Shown in pieces: positions 28,171-37,777 of a DNA stretch of 64,000 nt. The first letter of the stretch is position 1. Each line of letters starts with the position of its first letter. The notes under the pieces were generated by a model that saw only the letters and a program-made list of their open reading frames with translations, was not told the DNA's origin and ran no database searches. Origin of the DNA: Eubacteriales bacterium (lineage in GTDB: Bacteria > Bacillota > Clostridia > Oscillospirales > Acutalibacteraceae); contig CP181263.1 of assembly GCA_047834405.1 (NCBI GenBank), forward strand, positions 1,494,618-1,558,617, read 5' to 3'. The translations under genes were made by a program, and so were the position numbers.

Positions 28171-29715
28171 ATGAGCATCATTAAGACAATCGATCTAACC
28201 AAAAAATTCGGTGATTTTACTGCAAATGACAGGATTAACATTTCAGTAGAAAAACAGGAGATTAAATGTATAGTAGGCGAAAACGGCGCGGGGAAATCCA
28301 CTTTGATGAATATGCTTTATGGATTGCTACGTCCCACAAGCGGAAAAATATTGCTCCATGACAAAGAGACTGTGATCAATGGGCCAATGGACGCTATTGC
28401 ACACGGGTTGGGTATGGTGCACCAGCATTTTAAGCTGGTGCCCAGCCTTACCGTTTATGAAAACATCCTACTTGGTACGGAATTAAAAAAGTCTTCAAAA
28501 TCACCGATTATTGATCGAAAAAAGGAAATTGACGAAGTCACAAAGCTGATTGAAAAGTACAAGTTTGAATTAAATCCTACCGATAAAATCGAGGATATCT
28601 CCGTTGGCGGAAGGCAGCGGGTAGAAATCCTCAAGATGCTGTACCGCAACGTCGATATTCTGATCCTCGACGAACCGACCGCAGTGCTGACCCCGCAGGA
28701 AGTGGACGAGCTTTTTGTAAACCTGAAGGAACTGCGCGCACAGGGCAAGACGATCATTGTCATTACCCACAAGCTTCGTGAAGTGATGGAATTGAGCGAC
28801 AGCGTTACGGTTATCAAGCAGGGCAAGGTCGTAGGGAATGTTTTGACCAAGGACACTTCGGAAGAAGAACTGGCGCAAATGATGGTGGGCAGGGAAGTTG
28901 TTCTGACCGTACAGAATACGGCGGAAAACAAAGCATCGGAGGAAATTGCCTACCAGGTAGAGAATGTCTGCACGATTAATGACTACGGGAAGGAAGTGCT
29001 TCAGAATATTTCCTTCTGTGTGCATAAGGGCGAAATCCTTGGTGTGGCCGGTGTGGAAGGAAATGGCCAGTCGGAACTGGTGAAAGTACTGACAGGCCTC
29101 ATGAAAACGACCAAAGGTAAGGTTTCCATATATGGCAAGGACGTTACAGACAAGTGGCCGGACGAACTGCGGCAAAACGGCTTGGGGATTATTCCGGAGG
29201 ACCGGTATGCACAGGGCCTTTGTGGCACAATGAGTATTGCGGATAACTGTATCGCCGGTTATCACAACGCCCCGGATGTCTGCAAATTCGGTCTGCTGGA
29301 CAGAAAGAACATAAGCAGCAAGAGAGATCGTTTTATAAAGGATTTTGATATTCGTGTAGGCGATATCAACGGCAATGTTGGCCAGCTTTCCGGCGGAAAC
29401 GCGCAGAAAATTATTATTGCGAGAGAGTTTGAAAGCAATCCAAAGCTTTTAATAGCCTGCCAGCCAACGCGCGGCGTCGATATCGGCTCCATTGAATTTA
29501 TCCATAAACAGATTTTGAATTTCCGCAATAAAGGCAATGCGGTTCTGTTGATTTCTAGTGAGCTGTCGGAGGTTATGAGCCTGTCCGACCGGATTATCGT
29601 TATGTACAAAGGTAGGATTATCGGCGAGCTTTCTCCGAAAGAGGTCAGCAGATCTGAAATTGGCCTGCTGATGGCGGGAATTCAAAATAACAAGGCAAAA
29701 GGGGCATTTTTATGA
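28171..29715 (+). CDS. ABC transporter ATP-binding protein (two NBDs, nucleoside/sugar CUT2 type)
   Basis: Motifs GENGAGKST, MVHQHFKLV, LDEPTAVL, LSGGNAQK and QPTRGVDIG. Confidence 0.93.
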   Translation: MSIIKTIDLTKKFGDFTANDRINISVEKQEIKCIVGENGAGKSTLMNMLYGLLRPTSGKILLHDKETVINGPMDAIAHGLGMVHQHFKLVPSLTVYENILLGTELKKSSKSPIIDRKKEIDEVTKLIEKYKFELNPTDKIEDISVGGRQRVEILKMLYRNVDILILDEPTAVLTPQEVDELFVNLKELRAQGKTIIVITHKLREVMELSDSVTVIKQGKVVGNVLTKDTSEEELAQMMVGREVVLTVQNTAENKASEEIAYQVENVCTINDYGKEVLQNISFCVHKGEILGVAGVEGNGQSELVKVLTGLMKTTKGKVSIYGKDVTDKWPDELRQNGLGIIPEDRYAQGLCGTMSIADNCIAGYHNAPDVCKFGLLDRKNISSKRDRFIKDFDIRVGDINGNVGQLSGGNAQKIIIAREFESNPKLLIACQPTRGVDIGSIEFIHKQILNFRNKGNAVLLISSELSEVMSLSDRIIVMYKGRIIGELSPKEVSRSEIGLLMAGIQNNKAKGAFL

Positions 29716-30800
29716 AAAGACTGGATTTCGGGAAACGCCTTGTCAATTCGATTCTGCCTGTTTTGTTGGCGTTTGTGATTGGCGGAATCGTAATTTTGAT
29801 GATTGGCGAAAATCCCTTGGACACATACGGAATCCTGCTCGGTAAATCACTGTTTACCGTAAAAGGTTTTCTGAACACGCTGCATTATGCTTCGCCGCTT
29901 ATTCTGACCGGCCTTGCGATTGCTGTTACATTTAAAGCGAATATCTTCAACATGGGCGTGGAAGGCCAGCTGCTGCTTGGTGCGTTTTTCAGCGGTATTG
30001 TCGGTACCTCGCTTCCGGCCTCGCTGAATCCGGCAGCGGCCCAACTTATCTGCCTCGCGGTGGGCGTTATCTGCGGCGTCGTGTTCGCGCTGGTTCCGGC
30101 CATCCTCAAAGCGTACTGCCATGTAAATGAAATGGTTGTTACCCTGATGCTCAACTATGCGATGATCAAGGTGTTGGAATTCCTTGCAACTGGCGTGTTC
30201 CGCGACTACAGCTCCGGATACGTCTGCACGCCGATCATCAAGGAGAATGCAATGTTTCCCCGCTTTGGGAACTCCAAGCTTACGATGTTCTTTTTTATCG
30301 CGATTCTTATATTCATCGCTATGTATGTTGTCATTAACAAATCAAAGCTGGGTTATGAAATCACCGCCATTGGGAAAAATCCGGAATTCGCGGAAGCGAC
30401 CGGCATGAAAGTGCACAAGAAGATTATGATTATGATGGTTATCAGCGGCGCGCTTTCCGGCTTGGCCGGTGCGGGCTACATGATGAGCGAGCAGTTCAAA
30501 TACACCCTGAGCTTTTCCGGGAATCCGGGACTCGGCTGGGACGGTATGCTGATTGCCCTGCTGGGTGGCCATTCCCCCGTCGGTATTTTGGTTGCGGCAA
30601 TTTTCTATTCCGCTTTGAAGACCGGTGCGGACCATATCAATCTTTACTCGGCCGTTCCGAAAGAGATTGTTTCGGTTATTCAGGGTTTAATAATCCTGTT
30701 CCTTGCGGTGAAATTTGTAGATGAGCATACGAATATCCGGGAAAGGCTTTTCAGAAAAAAGGCCGGTAAACCCGAAACGGCCATAAGTGAGGAGGCGTAA
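29712..30800 (+). CDS. ABC transporter permease
   Basis: Motifs FNMGVEGQ, NEMVVTLMLNY and GWDGMLIALLG. Confidence 0.9.
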   Translation: MKRLDFGKRLVNSILPVLLAFVIGGIVILMIGENPLDTYGILLGKSLFTVKGFLNTLHYASPLILTGLAIAVTFKANIFNMGVEGQLLLGAFFSGIVGTSLPASLNPAAAQLICLAVGVICGVVFALVPAILKAYCHVNEMVVTLMLNYAMIKVLEFLATGVFRDYSSGYVCTPIIKENAMFPRFGNSKLTMFFFIAILIFIAMYVVINKSKLGYEITAIGKNPEFAEATGMKVHKKIMIMMVISGALSGLAGAGYMMSEQFKYTLSFSGNPGLGWDGMLIALLGGHSPVGILVAAIFYSALKTGADHINLYSAVPKEIVSVIQGLIILFLAVKFVDEHTNIRERLFRKKAGKPETAISEEA

Positions 30801-30801
30801 A

Positions 30802-31716
30802 ATGGACATCATAGGAAATATTTTATATGATACCATTTATCATAGTGCCCCTATTATTTTGTGCGTAATCGGCGGTATCTTTGCCTATAAGGCAAATGTG
30901 CTCAATATTGCGCTCGAAGGCATGATGCTCATCGGCGCGTTTGTTTCAACGCTTACCGCGTTTATGACGCAGAATATCGCGCTCGGAGTGCTGCTCGCCA
31001 TGCTGGCGGCGCTGGCCTTTGGAGTGGTTTTTTCCCTTATGGGGGTTACTTTCAAGGGGAATGTAATTATTATCGGCCTGGCAATCAACCTGCTTGCCTC
31101 GGCCATTGCAAAATTTGTTCTGGTTCGGATGAATACATCCAATATCACGCTGAGCTTTATGAATGTGGCTGATCTGAAGCTCCATATCCCGGTGGTCGAA
31201 AACATTCCGCTTGTGGGGAGCATTTTAAGCGGCCATCCGCTGATCACGTACATCAGCTTCCTCGGTATCTTTTTCATGTGGGTTTTGATGTATAAAACAC
31301 GGTTTGGCATCTATGTCCGTGTGGTCGGTGAAAATGAAGACGCGGCGAAGAGCATCGGACTGAAAACCGATTTTTATAAGTATGCCGCGATTTTAATCGG
31401 CGCTGTTTGCTGCGGGCTTGCGGGGGCAAACCTTTCTACCGAACGCCTAGGCCTTTTTACCAATGATATGACCGCCGGGCGGGGATTTATCGCAATTGCA
31501 GCAATCTACTGCGGCCAGGGGTCCCCAACTTTATCCGCCATATATGCCATTGTCTTCGGCCTGGCGCGCGCCCTCTCCGTCAATCTGAGCATCTATGCCG
31601 GTCCCGCGGCGGGACTGTTTGACGTTATCCCGTATGTCATTATGGTGTGTGTGCTTACGGTGGTATCTGTTTTGAAACATAAAAACAACAAGATAAGAGG
31701 TTTTAAGAATGAATGA
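30802..31716 (+). CDS. ABC transporter permease
   Basis: Motifs GVLNIALEG-like ANVLNIALEGMML and AGRGFIAIAA. Confidence 0.9.
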   Translation: MDIIGNILYDTIYHSAPIILCVIGGIFAYKANVLNIALEGMMLIGAFVSTLTAFMTQNIALGVLLAMLAALAFGVVFSLMGVTFKGNVIIIGLAINLLASAIAKFVLVRMNTSNITLSFMNVADLKLHIPVVENIPLVGSILSGHPLITYISFLGIFFMWVLMYKTRFGIYVRVVGENEDAAKSIGLKTDFYKYAAILIGAVCCGLAGANLSTERLGLFTNDMTAGRGFIAIAAIYCGQGSPTLSAIYAIVFGLARALSVNLSIYAGPAAGLFDVIPYVIMVCVLTVVSVLKHKNNKIRGFKNE

Positions 31717-32272
31717 GACAGCTCTTATTATTGTGGATATGGTAAAGGACTTTACGGATCCGGACGGTTTGGTGTTTTATCCGCAGAATCGCGAGATTCT
31801 GCCGCGGATTGCGCAGGTTTTGGAAAAATGCCGGGAAAAAGGGAAGCTGGTTATTTTCCTTCAGCACTGCAACCGTGCGGGCAAGCCGGATGAAAAGGCG
31901 GCGGCCATGCGCCCGAACTGTGTGGAAGGAACCAGCGGCATTGAAATCGACCCGATGCTGAAAGTGAATCCGGAGGATTATGTGATTCGAAAGCGCCGCT
32001 ACAGCGGTTTCTTCGGCACGGATCTTGACCTTGTTCTCCGTGAAAATCATATTAAAAATACCGTAATCGTCGGAACAAAAACCAACTGCTGCATTCGGGC
32101 CACCGTTACGGACGCGTTTTATCTGAATTACAATCCGATTGTCATCCGTGAATGTGTGGCGACTAATTCAGAAACAGTAAATGAAGTACACCTCAACGAT
32201 ATCCAGAAATATCTGGGTACGGTTGTGGACATGAAAACATTTTTTGAGAAATTGGATAACGGAGAATGGTAA
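31709..32272 (+). CDS. Isochorismatase-family cysteine hydrolase
   Basis: Catalytic triad present: IIVDM (Asp), IRKRRYSGF (Lys), GTKTNCC (Cys). Confidence 0.88.
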   Translation: MNETALIIVDMVKDFTDPDGLVFYPQNREILPRIAQVLEKCREKGKLVIFLQHCNRAGKPDEKAAAMRPNCVEGTSGIEIDPMLKVNPEDYVIRKRRYSGFFGTDLDLVLRENHIKNTVIVGTKTNCCIRATVTDAFYLNYNPIVIRECVATNSETVNEVHLNDIQKYLGTVVDMKTFFEKLDNGEW

Positions 32273-33228
32273 TGAAAAAATATGATGTAATTGTGAGCGG
32301 CTATGTGAGCATGGACCACATGCTGAAAATCAAAACGCCGGCGGCCGTTGGTTTTACCTCTCTCATCGAGAATAAGACGAATTCCAGAATTTATTACGGC
32401 GGCTGCTCCGTGAACATTGCATACGCACTATGCAAGCTTGGATTGAAGGCGATGCCGATTCTTCGCGTAGGCGGGGATTATGAGGAAATCGGATTTAAGA
32501 AATTCATGGAGGACGGCGGCGTTCCGCTGGACGCAACCTCCGTTATTGAAGAGGAAACAACGTCCGTTTGCTACCTGATTCAGGATAATAAAGGGCAGCA
32601 TATCACACTTTACTATACGGGCGCCATGGATGAGAAATATTCCTGTGAACTCAGCGACGACATATTTGAAAATACGAGCCTTGGAGTTATTACCGTCGCG
32701 GCACGTAAGGACAACGAGGAGTTTTACAGAAAGTGCCGCGCGCACAATGTGCCGATTGTTTTCGGTATGAAAGCGGACTTTGACGCCTTCCCGGAGCCGT
32801 TCCTCAAGGAACTGCTGCTGCACAGCAAGATTATCTTCACCAATGAATCGGAACGCGAAACGATTGAGAAGCTCCTTAACCTCAAATCGATTACAGATTT
32901 GTTTGCCCTTGGCGAGATGGAAATTATTGTGACAACATACGGGAAACAGGGAAGTACTTATTATCAGCGGAAGGCGGACGGCACGATCGACACCCAATGC
33001 ATTCCGATTTGTGACTGCACGAAGGTGGTGGACACCACCGGCTCCGGGGACGGTTATGTGGCGGGGTTCCTGTACGGCTACCTGCAAGGGCTGCCGATGG
33101 CGGATTGCTGCCGGATGGGCAGCACCCTCTCTTCCTTTATCATAGAAAAAGAAGGCTGCTGTACGAATGCGCCGACTGTGGAAGAGATCACAAGACGCTT
33201 TGAAAACTTTAAAAAATGCGCAATGTAA
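32272..33228 (+). CDS. PfkB family carbohydrate/nucleoside kinase
   Basis: Motifs GGCSVNIA, FTNESE and VDTTGSGDGY. Confidence 0.9.
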   Translation: MKKYDVIVSGYVSMDHMLKIKTPAAVGFTSLIENKTNSRIYYGGCSVNIAYALCKLGLKAMPILRVGGDYEEIGFKKFMEDGGVPLDATSVIEEETTSVCYLIQDNKGQHITLYYTGAMDEKYSCELSDDIFENTSLGVITVAARKDNEEFYRKCRAHNVPIVFGMKADFDAFPEPFLKELLLHSKIIFTNESERETIEKLLNLKSITDLFALGEMEIIVTTYGKQGSTYYQRKADGTIDTQCIPICDCTKVVDTTGSGDGYVAGFLYGYLQGLPMADCCRMGSTLSSFIIEKEGCCTNAPTVEEITRRFENFKKCAM

Positions 33229-33239
33229 GGAGACAAAAA

Positions 33240-33995
33240 ATGTCAACATTATATTTAGGAGCGGATACGTCAACGGTTGCCCCTTATGTTCTGTTTTCGG
33301 GCGACCCGTTCCGCGTGGAAGTTCTGAAAAAATATCTTGAAAACTCGCAGCATGTCGCCTTTAAACGGGAATTCAACACCTACACCGGTTCGTACAAGGG
33401 GGTGCCTGTTACGGTAACTTCTACGGGAATCGGCGCTCCCTCCGCGGCGATTGCCATGGAAGAAATGTATGAATCCGGCATGAAGGTGGCTGTCCGTATG
33501 GGTACGGTGATGGCCTTGCAGGATGATATGCTGGGGCATTTTATTATTCCGATTGCCGCCATGCGCCGCGAAAGCACCAGCAAGACCTATGTGGAAGAAA
33601 GCTATCCCGCGGTTGCCGATATCGAGCTGGTCAATATCATGAACCAGACGGTGACTTCTTTTGGAAAGCGTTACCTCAATGGCGTCAACTGCACTATGGA
33701 CGGCTTTTACAGCAAGATGCACGATTCTAAATTTTCCAAGGAATGCGGAATTGACATGCTCAAAACCTTTGAAGAATTAAAAAAGCTTCATGTAACCGGA
33801 ATCGATATGGAATCCTCGTGTATGCTGACGATCGGGCGGCTGATGGGTGTGAAAACCTGCATTGTTACCATGGCTACCGTGCTTGAGAATTTGAAGGAAG
33901 CGCTGGCCGGTCAGGACCGCGTTGATGCGGAAGACTTGCTGTGCCGCGTTGTTCTTGAGGGATTATACCGCTATCATACGCAAAAAGTGGAGTGA
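33240..33995 (+). CDS. Nucleoside phosphorylase (uridine phosphorylase/PNP family)
   Basis: Motifs GDPFR, REF, STGIGAPSAAI, RMGT, YPAVAD and DMES. Confidence 0.88.
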   Translation: MSTLYLGADTSTVAPYVLFSGDPFRVEVLKKYLENSQHVAFKREFNTYTGSYKGVPVTVTSTGIGAPSAAIAMEEMYESGMKVAVRMGTVMALQDDMLGHFIIPIAAMRRESTSKTYVEESYPAVADIELVNIMNQTVTSFGKRYLNGVNCTMDGFYSKMHDSKFSKECGIDMLKTFEELKKLHVTGIDMESSCMLTIGRLMGVKTCIVTMATVLENLKEALAGQDRVDAEDLLCRVVLEGLYRYHTQKVE

Positions 33996-34036
33996 ATATC
34001 CGGCTTCTGTTTTTATTAAGAAAGGAAGAGAATGTT

Positions 34037-34831
34037 ATGGACATCAGAGAAATTATTGCCTGTAGAAAAAGATTTGTCATCGGTATGGTTCACTGCCTTG
34101 CATTGCCCGGAACCCCCGGGTTTGCAGGCGACTGCGATAAAATCCTGAACCAGGCTGTTCAGGATGCCGTCACGCTTGAAAAAGCAGGCGTTGACGCGAT
34201 TATTGTTGAAAATATGGGGGACGACCCGTTTGCCGCCCTGTTGGACACTCCGCAGGTGGCCGCGCTTTCCGCCGCGACGGCTTTGGTAAAAAAAGCAGTG
34301 AAAATTCCGGTTGGCGTCGACGCGGCCTTTAACGACTGTGTTGCGTCTCTTTCCATCGCCAAAATTAACGGCTGTGACTTTGTGCGTATTCCGGTGTTTG
34401 TGGATACTGTTGAGTTTTACGGTGGAATCATTAACCCCTGCGCAAGACTCTGTATGCAGACCAGAAAAAATCTGGACGCGGAAAACATTATGATCCTTGC
34501 CGACGTTCAGGTAAAGCACACGAATATGGTGCTCCCGCAGGTGACGATTGAAGCGTCTGCAAAAGCCGCGGCAGGCTGCGGAGCGGAGGCCATTATCGTA
34601 ACCGGCTCCGCAATCGGTGTGGAAACCCCGCTTGAAATGATCCAACGCGTAAAGAAGGTTGTTAAGCTTCCGGTTATTGCGGGCAGCGGCGTCAATGCGC
34701 ACAATATCCGCGAACAGCTGGAGATTGCGGACGGCGCGGTGATCGGCAGCAGCCTGAAGAAAGACGGTGTGCTGACGAATCCGATTTCTTACGACCTTGT
34801 ACGCGAAGTGCTTGACGGACTTAACAAATAA
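34037..34831 (+). CDS. BtpA/SgcQ family TIM-barrel protein
   Basis: Motifs IGMVHC, IIVENMGD.PF, ADVQVKH, IVTG, GSGV and DGAVIGSSLKKDG. Confidence 0.88.
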   Translation: MDIREIIACRKRFVIGMVHCLALPGTPGFAGDCDKILNQAVQDAVTLEKAGVDAIIVENMGDDPFAALLDTPQVAALSAATALVKKAVKIPVGVDAAFNDCVASLSIAKINGCDFVRIPVFVDTVEFYGGIINPCARLCMQTRKNLDAENIMILADVQVKHTNMVLPQVTIEASAKAAAGCGAEAIIVTGSAIGVETPLEMIQRVKKVVKLPVIAGSGVNAHNIREQLEIADGAVIGSSLKKDGVLTNPISYDLVREVLDGLNK

Positions 34832-34849
34832 AAGGAGCAGTTAAAAACC

Positions 34850-35995
34850 ATGATGAGACCAATGAAATTAGCGGGCAGCGAGCTGATGTTCGGAGCGAAC
34901 TGCCTTGAATATATTAAATCCGTTCCCTGTAAAAAGGCGTTCATCGTTGTGGGCGGCAAGAGCATGGAGCGCAGCGGGATCCTGGCAAAAGTCGAAGGGT
35001 ATTTTCATGAAAATGGTGTTCAGACAACCGTATTCCAGGGTGTGGAACCGGACCCTTGCTTTTCAACCGTGAAGAGGGGCGCCGAACAAATGAAGGAATT
35101 CCAGCCGGATATGATCGTGGCTTTGGGCGGCGGTTCGGCAATGGACGCGGCGAAAACCATGTGGGTGTACTATGAACACCCGGAGCTGACCACGTTGGAG
35201 CAAGTCCTTACCGCGAATCCGTTCCCGAAGCTCCGTCGGAAAGCCCGCTTTATGTGCATCCCATCCACCAGCGGCACCGCAAGTGAGGTTTCCCGCTCGG
35301 TTGTTATTTCCGACGATGAAACAGGCATGAAGCACGGCTTGGGAAACATGGAAATGATGCCGGATATCGCAATCTGCGATCCGGAGGTTACCGCCACCAT
35401 GCCGCCCCATATTACGGCGGAAACCGGTATGGACGCATTGACCCATGCAATTGAAGCGCTGGTTTCCAATCGGGCGAATTACCTTTCCAACATCCTTGCG
35501 CGCGCGGCGGCAATCGATATTGTCAATACTCTGCCGAAAGCATATCAAGACGGCAAAGACATGGCGGCGCGTGAAACCATGCTGAATGCTTCCATGACGG
35601 CGGGCCTCGCGTTTACGAATGTATCCCTTGGCATCGTTCACTCCATGGCACACACACTGGGCGGATTCTTCCATGTTTCCCACGGCCTTGGCGATGCGAT
35701 CGTTCTGCCGTATATTATTGACTTCAACAGCGGAAATCCGGAAGCAAAAGCCGTGTATGACCACTTGGCTGCCGCTTTGGGTGGTACGGACCTTGCGGAG
35801 ATTGTCCGGAACCTGAATAAGAAAATAGGCATTCCCGCCTGTGTGAGAGAAGTTGTGAAGGACGAAGCCGCGTATACCTCCCAATTAGAGGAAATGGCCG
35901 AAACCGCCAAAGCGGACGGCTGTACCAAGACAAACCCGATCATCCCGACCATCCCGCAGTTCGTGGAACTGTTCAAGAAAGTGTATCATGGATAA
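34850..35995 (+). CDS. Iron-containing alcohol dehydrogenase
   Basis: Motifs ALGGGSAMD, IPSTSGTASE, GMDALTHAIE, VHSMAH and HG metal ligands. Confidence 0.92.
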   Translation: MMRPMKLAGSELMFGANCLEYIKSVPCKKAFIVVGGKSMERSGILAKVEGYFHENGVQTTVFQGVEPDPCFSTVKRGAEQMKEFQPDMIVALGGGSAMDAAKTMWVYYEHPELTTLEQVLTANPFPKLRRKARFMCIPSTSGTASEVSRSVVISDDETGMKHGLGNMEMMPDIAICDPEVTATMPPHITAETGMDALTHAIEALVSNRANYLSNILARAAAIDIVNTLPKAYQDGKDMAARETMLNASMTAGLAFTNVSLGIVHSMAHTLGGFFHVSHGLGDAIVLPYIIDFNSGNPEAKAVYDHLAAALGGTDLAEIVRNLNKKIGIPACVREVVKDEAAYTSQLEEMAETAKADGCTKTNPIIPTIPQFVELFKKVYHG

Positions 35996-36025
35996 AAAGA
36001 AATATACAGAAGGAATGAAAATGCT

Positions 36026-36742
36026 ATGAATTTAATCTGCTACCTATCAAATGGATATCCAACGATTGAGGACAGCATCGAGATGGCCAGGACCTACGTG
36101 GAAGCTGGCTGTGATATGATCGAAATTGACTTCCCTTCTCACAACCCTTTTTTGGAAAGCGAGTATATTTCCAACCGTATGGCAGAGGCATTAAAGAACT
36201 GCGATGATTTCGAGAAATACATGGAGGGCATGATCAAGGTTAAGAAGCTGCTTCCCGATACAAACTTTATCCTCATGGTGTATGAAAACACCGTTGAAGA
36301 AATCGGTGTGGAGAAATTTATCCGGTTCTGTCTTGACAATGATTACCGTGATATTATTCTTGTCGGTTTAAAAGATGAAACGATCAAGAATCAGTTTATT
36401 AAAGAAGGCATTCGTGTCAGTTGTTACGTACAGTTCCATTTACCGGAGCAGGAAGTAGAATATGCGCTGAAGTCCAACGGCTTTACCTATATGCAGGCGG
36501 TGCCGGCCCCGGGACAGGCAACCAAGGAACACCCGACTTTGAAATCCTGTATACAGTATCTGCGGGAACGCGGTTTGAAGAACCCGATTTACTGCGGCGT
36601 AGGAGTACATAATCCGAAGGATGCGGCAATGGTAAAGGCGGCGGGCGGCGACGGAGTGTTTGTAGGTAGCACCATTCTGAAACTGCATAACGATAAGCCG
36701 GCGCTCATGGCCAAAATCCGTGAGTTTAAGGCAGAATGTTGA
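36026..36742 (+). CDS. Tryptophan synthase alpha-like TIM-barrel, stand-alone and divergent
   Basis: Aligns by eye to TrpA: YL..GYP, GCDMIEIDFP (Glu49), CGVGV and DGVFVGS phosphate site. No trpB nearby. Confidence 0.78.
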   Translation: MNLICYLSNGYPTIEDSIEMARTYVEAGCDMIEIDFPSHNPFLESEYISNRMAEALKNCDDFEKYMEGMIKVKKLLPDTNFILMVYENTVEEIGVEKFIRFCLDNDYRDIILVGLKDETIKNQFIKEGIRVSCYVQFHLPEQEVEYALKSNGFTYMQAVPAPGQATKEHPTLKSCIQYLRERGLKNPIYCGVGVHNPKDAAMVKAAGGDGVFVGSTILKLHNDKPALMAKIREFKAEC

Positions 36743-36824
36743 TTTTAAGCGAATTCCTGCATGAAAGAGAGTCATCCATTTGCACCTATAACGCCTTTTA
36801 AAAACAATCAAAAAAGAGAAAGAA

Positions 36825-36867
36825 AGCCGTACCGGTATCCCTTGATGGATACCGGTACGGCTCTTTT
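36825..36867. terminator. Bidirectional terminator ending the catabolic operon and the fliDST transcript
   Basis: 16-bp perfect inverted repeat AGCCGTACCGGTATCC/GGATACCGGTACGGCT. Confidence 0.88.
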
Positions 36868-36879
36868 AGGCTTTACGAC

Positions 36880-37320
36880 CTATTTGATATTTCGGTAGAG
36901 AGTATAATCTTTTTCCTCTTTACGAAGCTGATTGATTTTTTCTTTCAGCTCCATACATTGTTTATTCAGCGTTTCCCGGGCCGCTTTATCCAATGCACCC
37001 GCTTTTTGAAGAATTTCCGCACAGTCGCGGGTAAGCTTCAAAATCTTCCGTTCTTCATCGCTGTTACATTGCTCATCTGAAAGATCCTGTCGGAATATAC
37101 GGGTCAAATGCTCCTGCTGTTCGGCGGAAAAATTCTTCGTCAGCTTTTGAATCAGGCTGTTGCATTTATTTACCCTTTCAATGTATATACCGCGTAAATC
37201 AAGGAGTTGATCCAGTTCAACCTCCGGTTCCATGCAGCGAACTTCAATCTGCTTTGTTAAATTCCATATCTTTGTAAGCAAAAGAACCTTTTGCTCAAGA
37301 CAGGCAATGATTTCATCCAT
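36880..37320 (-). CDS. Flagellar chaperone-like coiled-coil protein (FliT/FlgN-like)
   Basis: Helical protein directly after fliS, in the fliT position. Assignment is mostly by synteny. Confidence 0.55.
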   Translation of the reverse strand: MDEIIACLEQKVLLLTKIWNLTKQIEVRCMEPEVELDQLLDLRGIYIERVNKCNSLIQKLTKNFSAEQQEHLTRIFRQDLSDEQCNSDEERKILKLTRDCAEILQKAGALDKAARETLNKQCMELKEKINQLRKEEKDYTLYRNIK

Positions 37321-37363
37321 TCTCAAAAAGCCCTCCGGAAAGGTGAAATTTTACTTCCGCCTT

Positions 37364-37741
37364 TTATTTTTTCATATGGCAGAGTTTTTCGGCTTCCGTC
37401 CATGTATCCCTCATATTTTCCACTAAAGGAACCAGTTCATCCAAATAGGAGGATTCACGTTTAACCTCGGCTTTTATGATTTGCTGGTTGAAAAAATAGT
37501 ATAGATCATATAATTCCTTTGATATACTATAATTCCAATCCAATATGGAAGAAAGATAAGTAAAAATCTGTTTGCATTTATCGGTGCATTTCTCGGCGGT
37601 CTCATAATTTTTTTCCTTAAACATCATGGACCCATAATGCAGATTCTTTAATGCCTCGTTGAACAGCATTACAAGCTGTTCGCCTTTGGACATCGTATTA
37701 ATCGATTGTGTTTTATATTGCCTAATGGGATCAAATGGCAT
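37364..37741 (-). CDS. fliS: Flagellar export chaperone FliS
   Basis: Motifs QLVMLFNEAL, ELYDLYYFFNQQ and MRDTW. Confidence 0.9.
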   Translation of the reverse strand: MPFDPIRQYKTQSINTMSKGEQLVMLFNEALKNLHYGSMMFKEKNYETAEKCTDKCKQIFTYLSSILDWNYSISKELYDLYYFFNQQIIKAEVKRESSYLDELVPLVENMRDTWTEAEKLCHMKK

Positions 37742-37777
37742 TTTTAAGCTCCTCCTGAACTTGAATTATGCGGAAAA

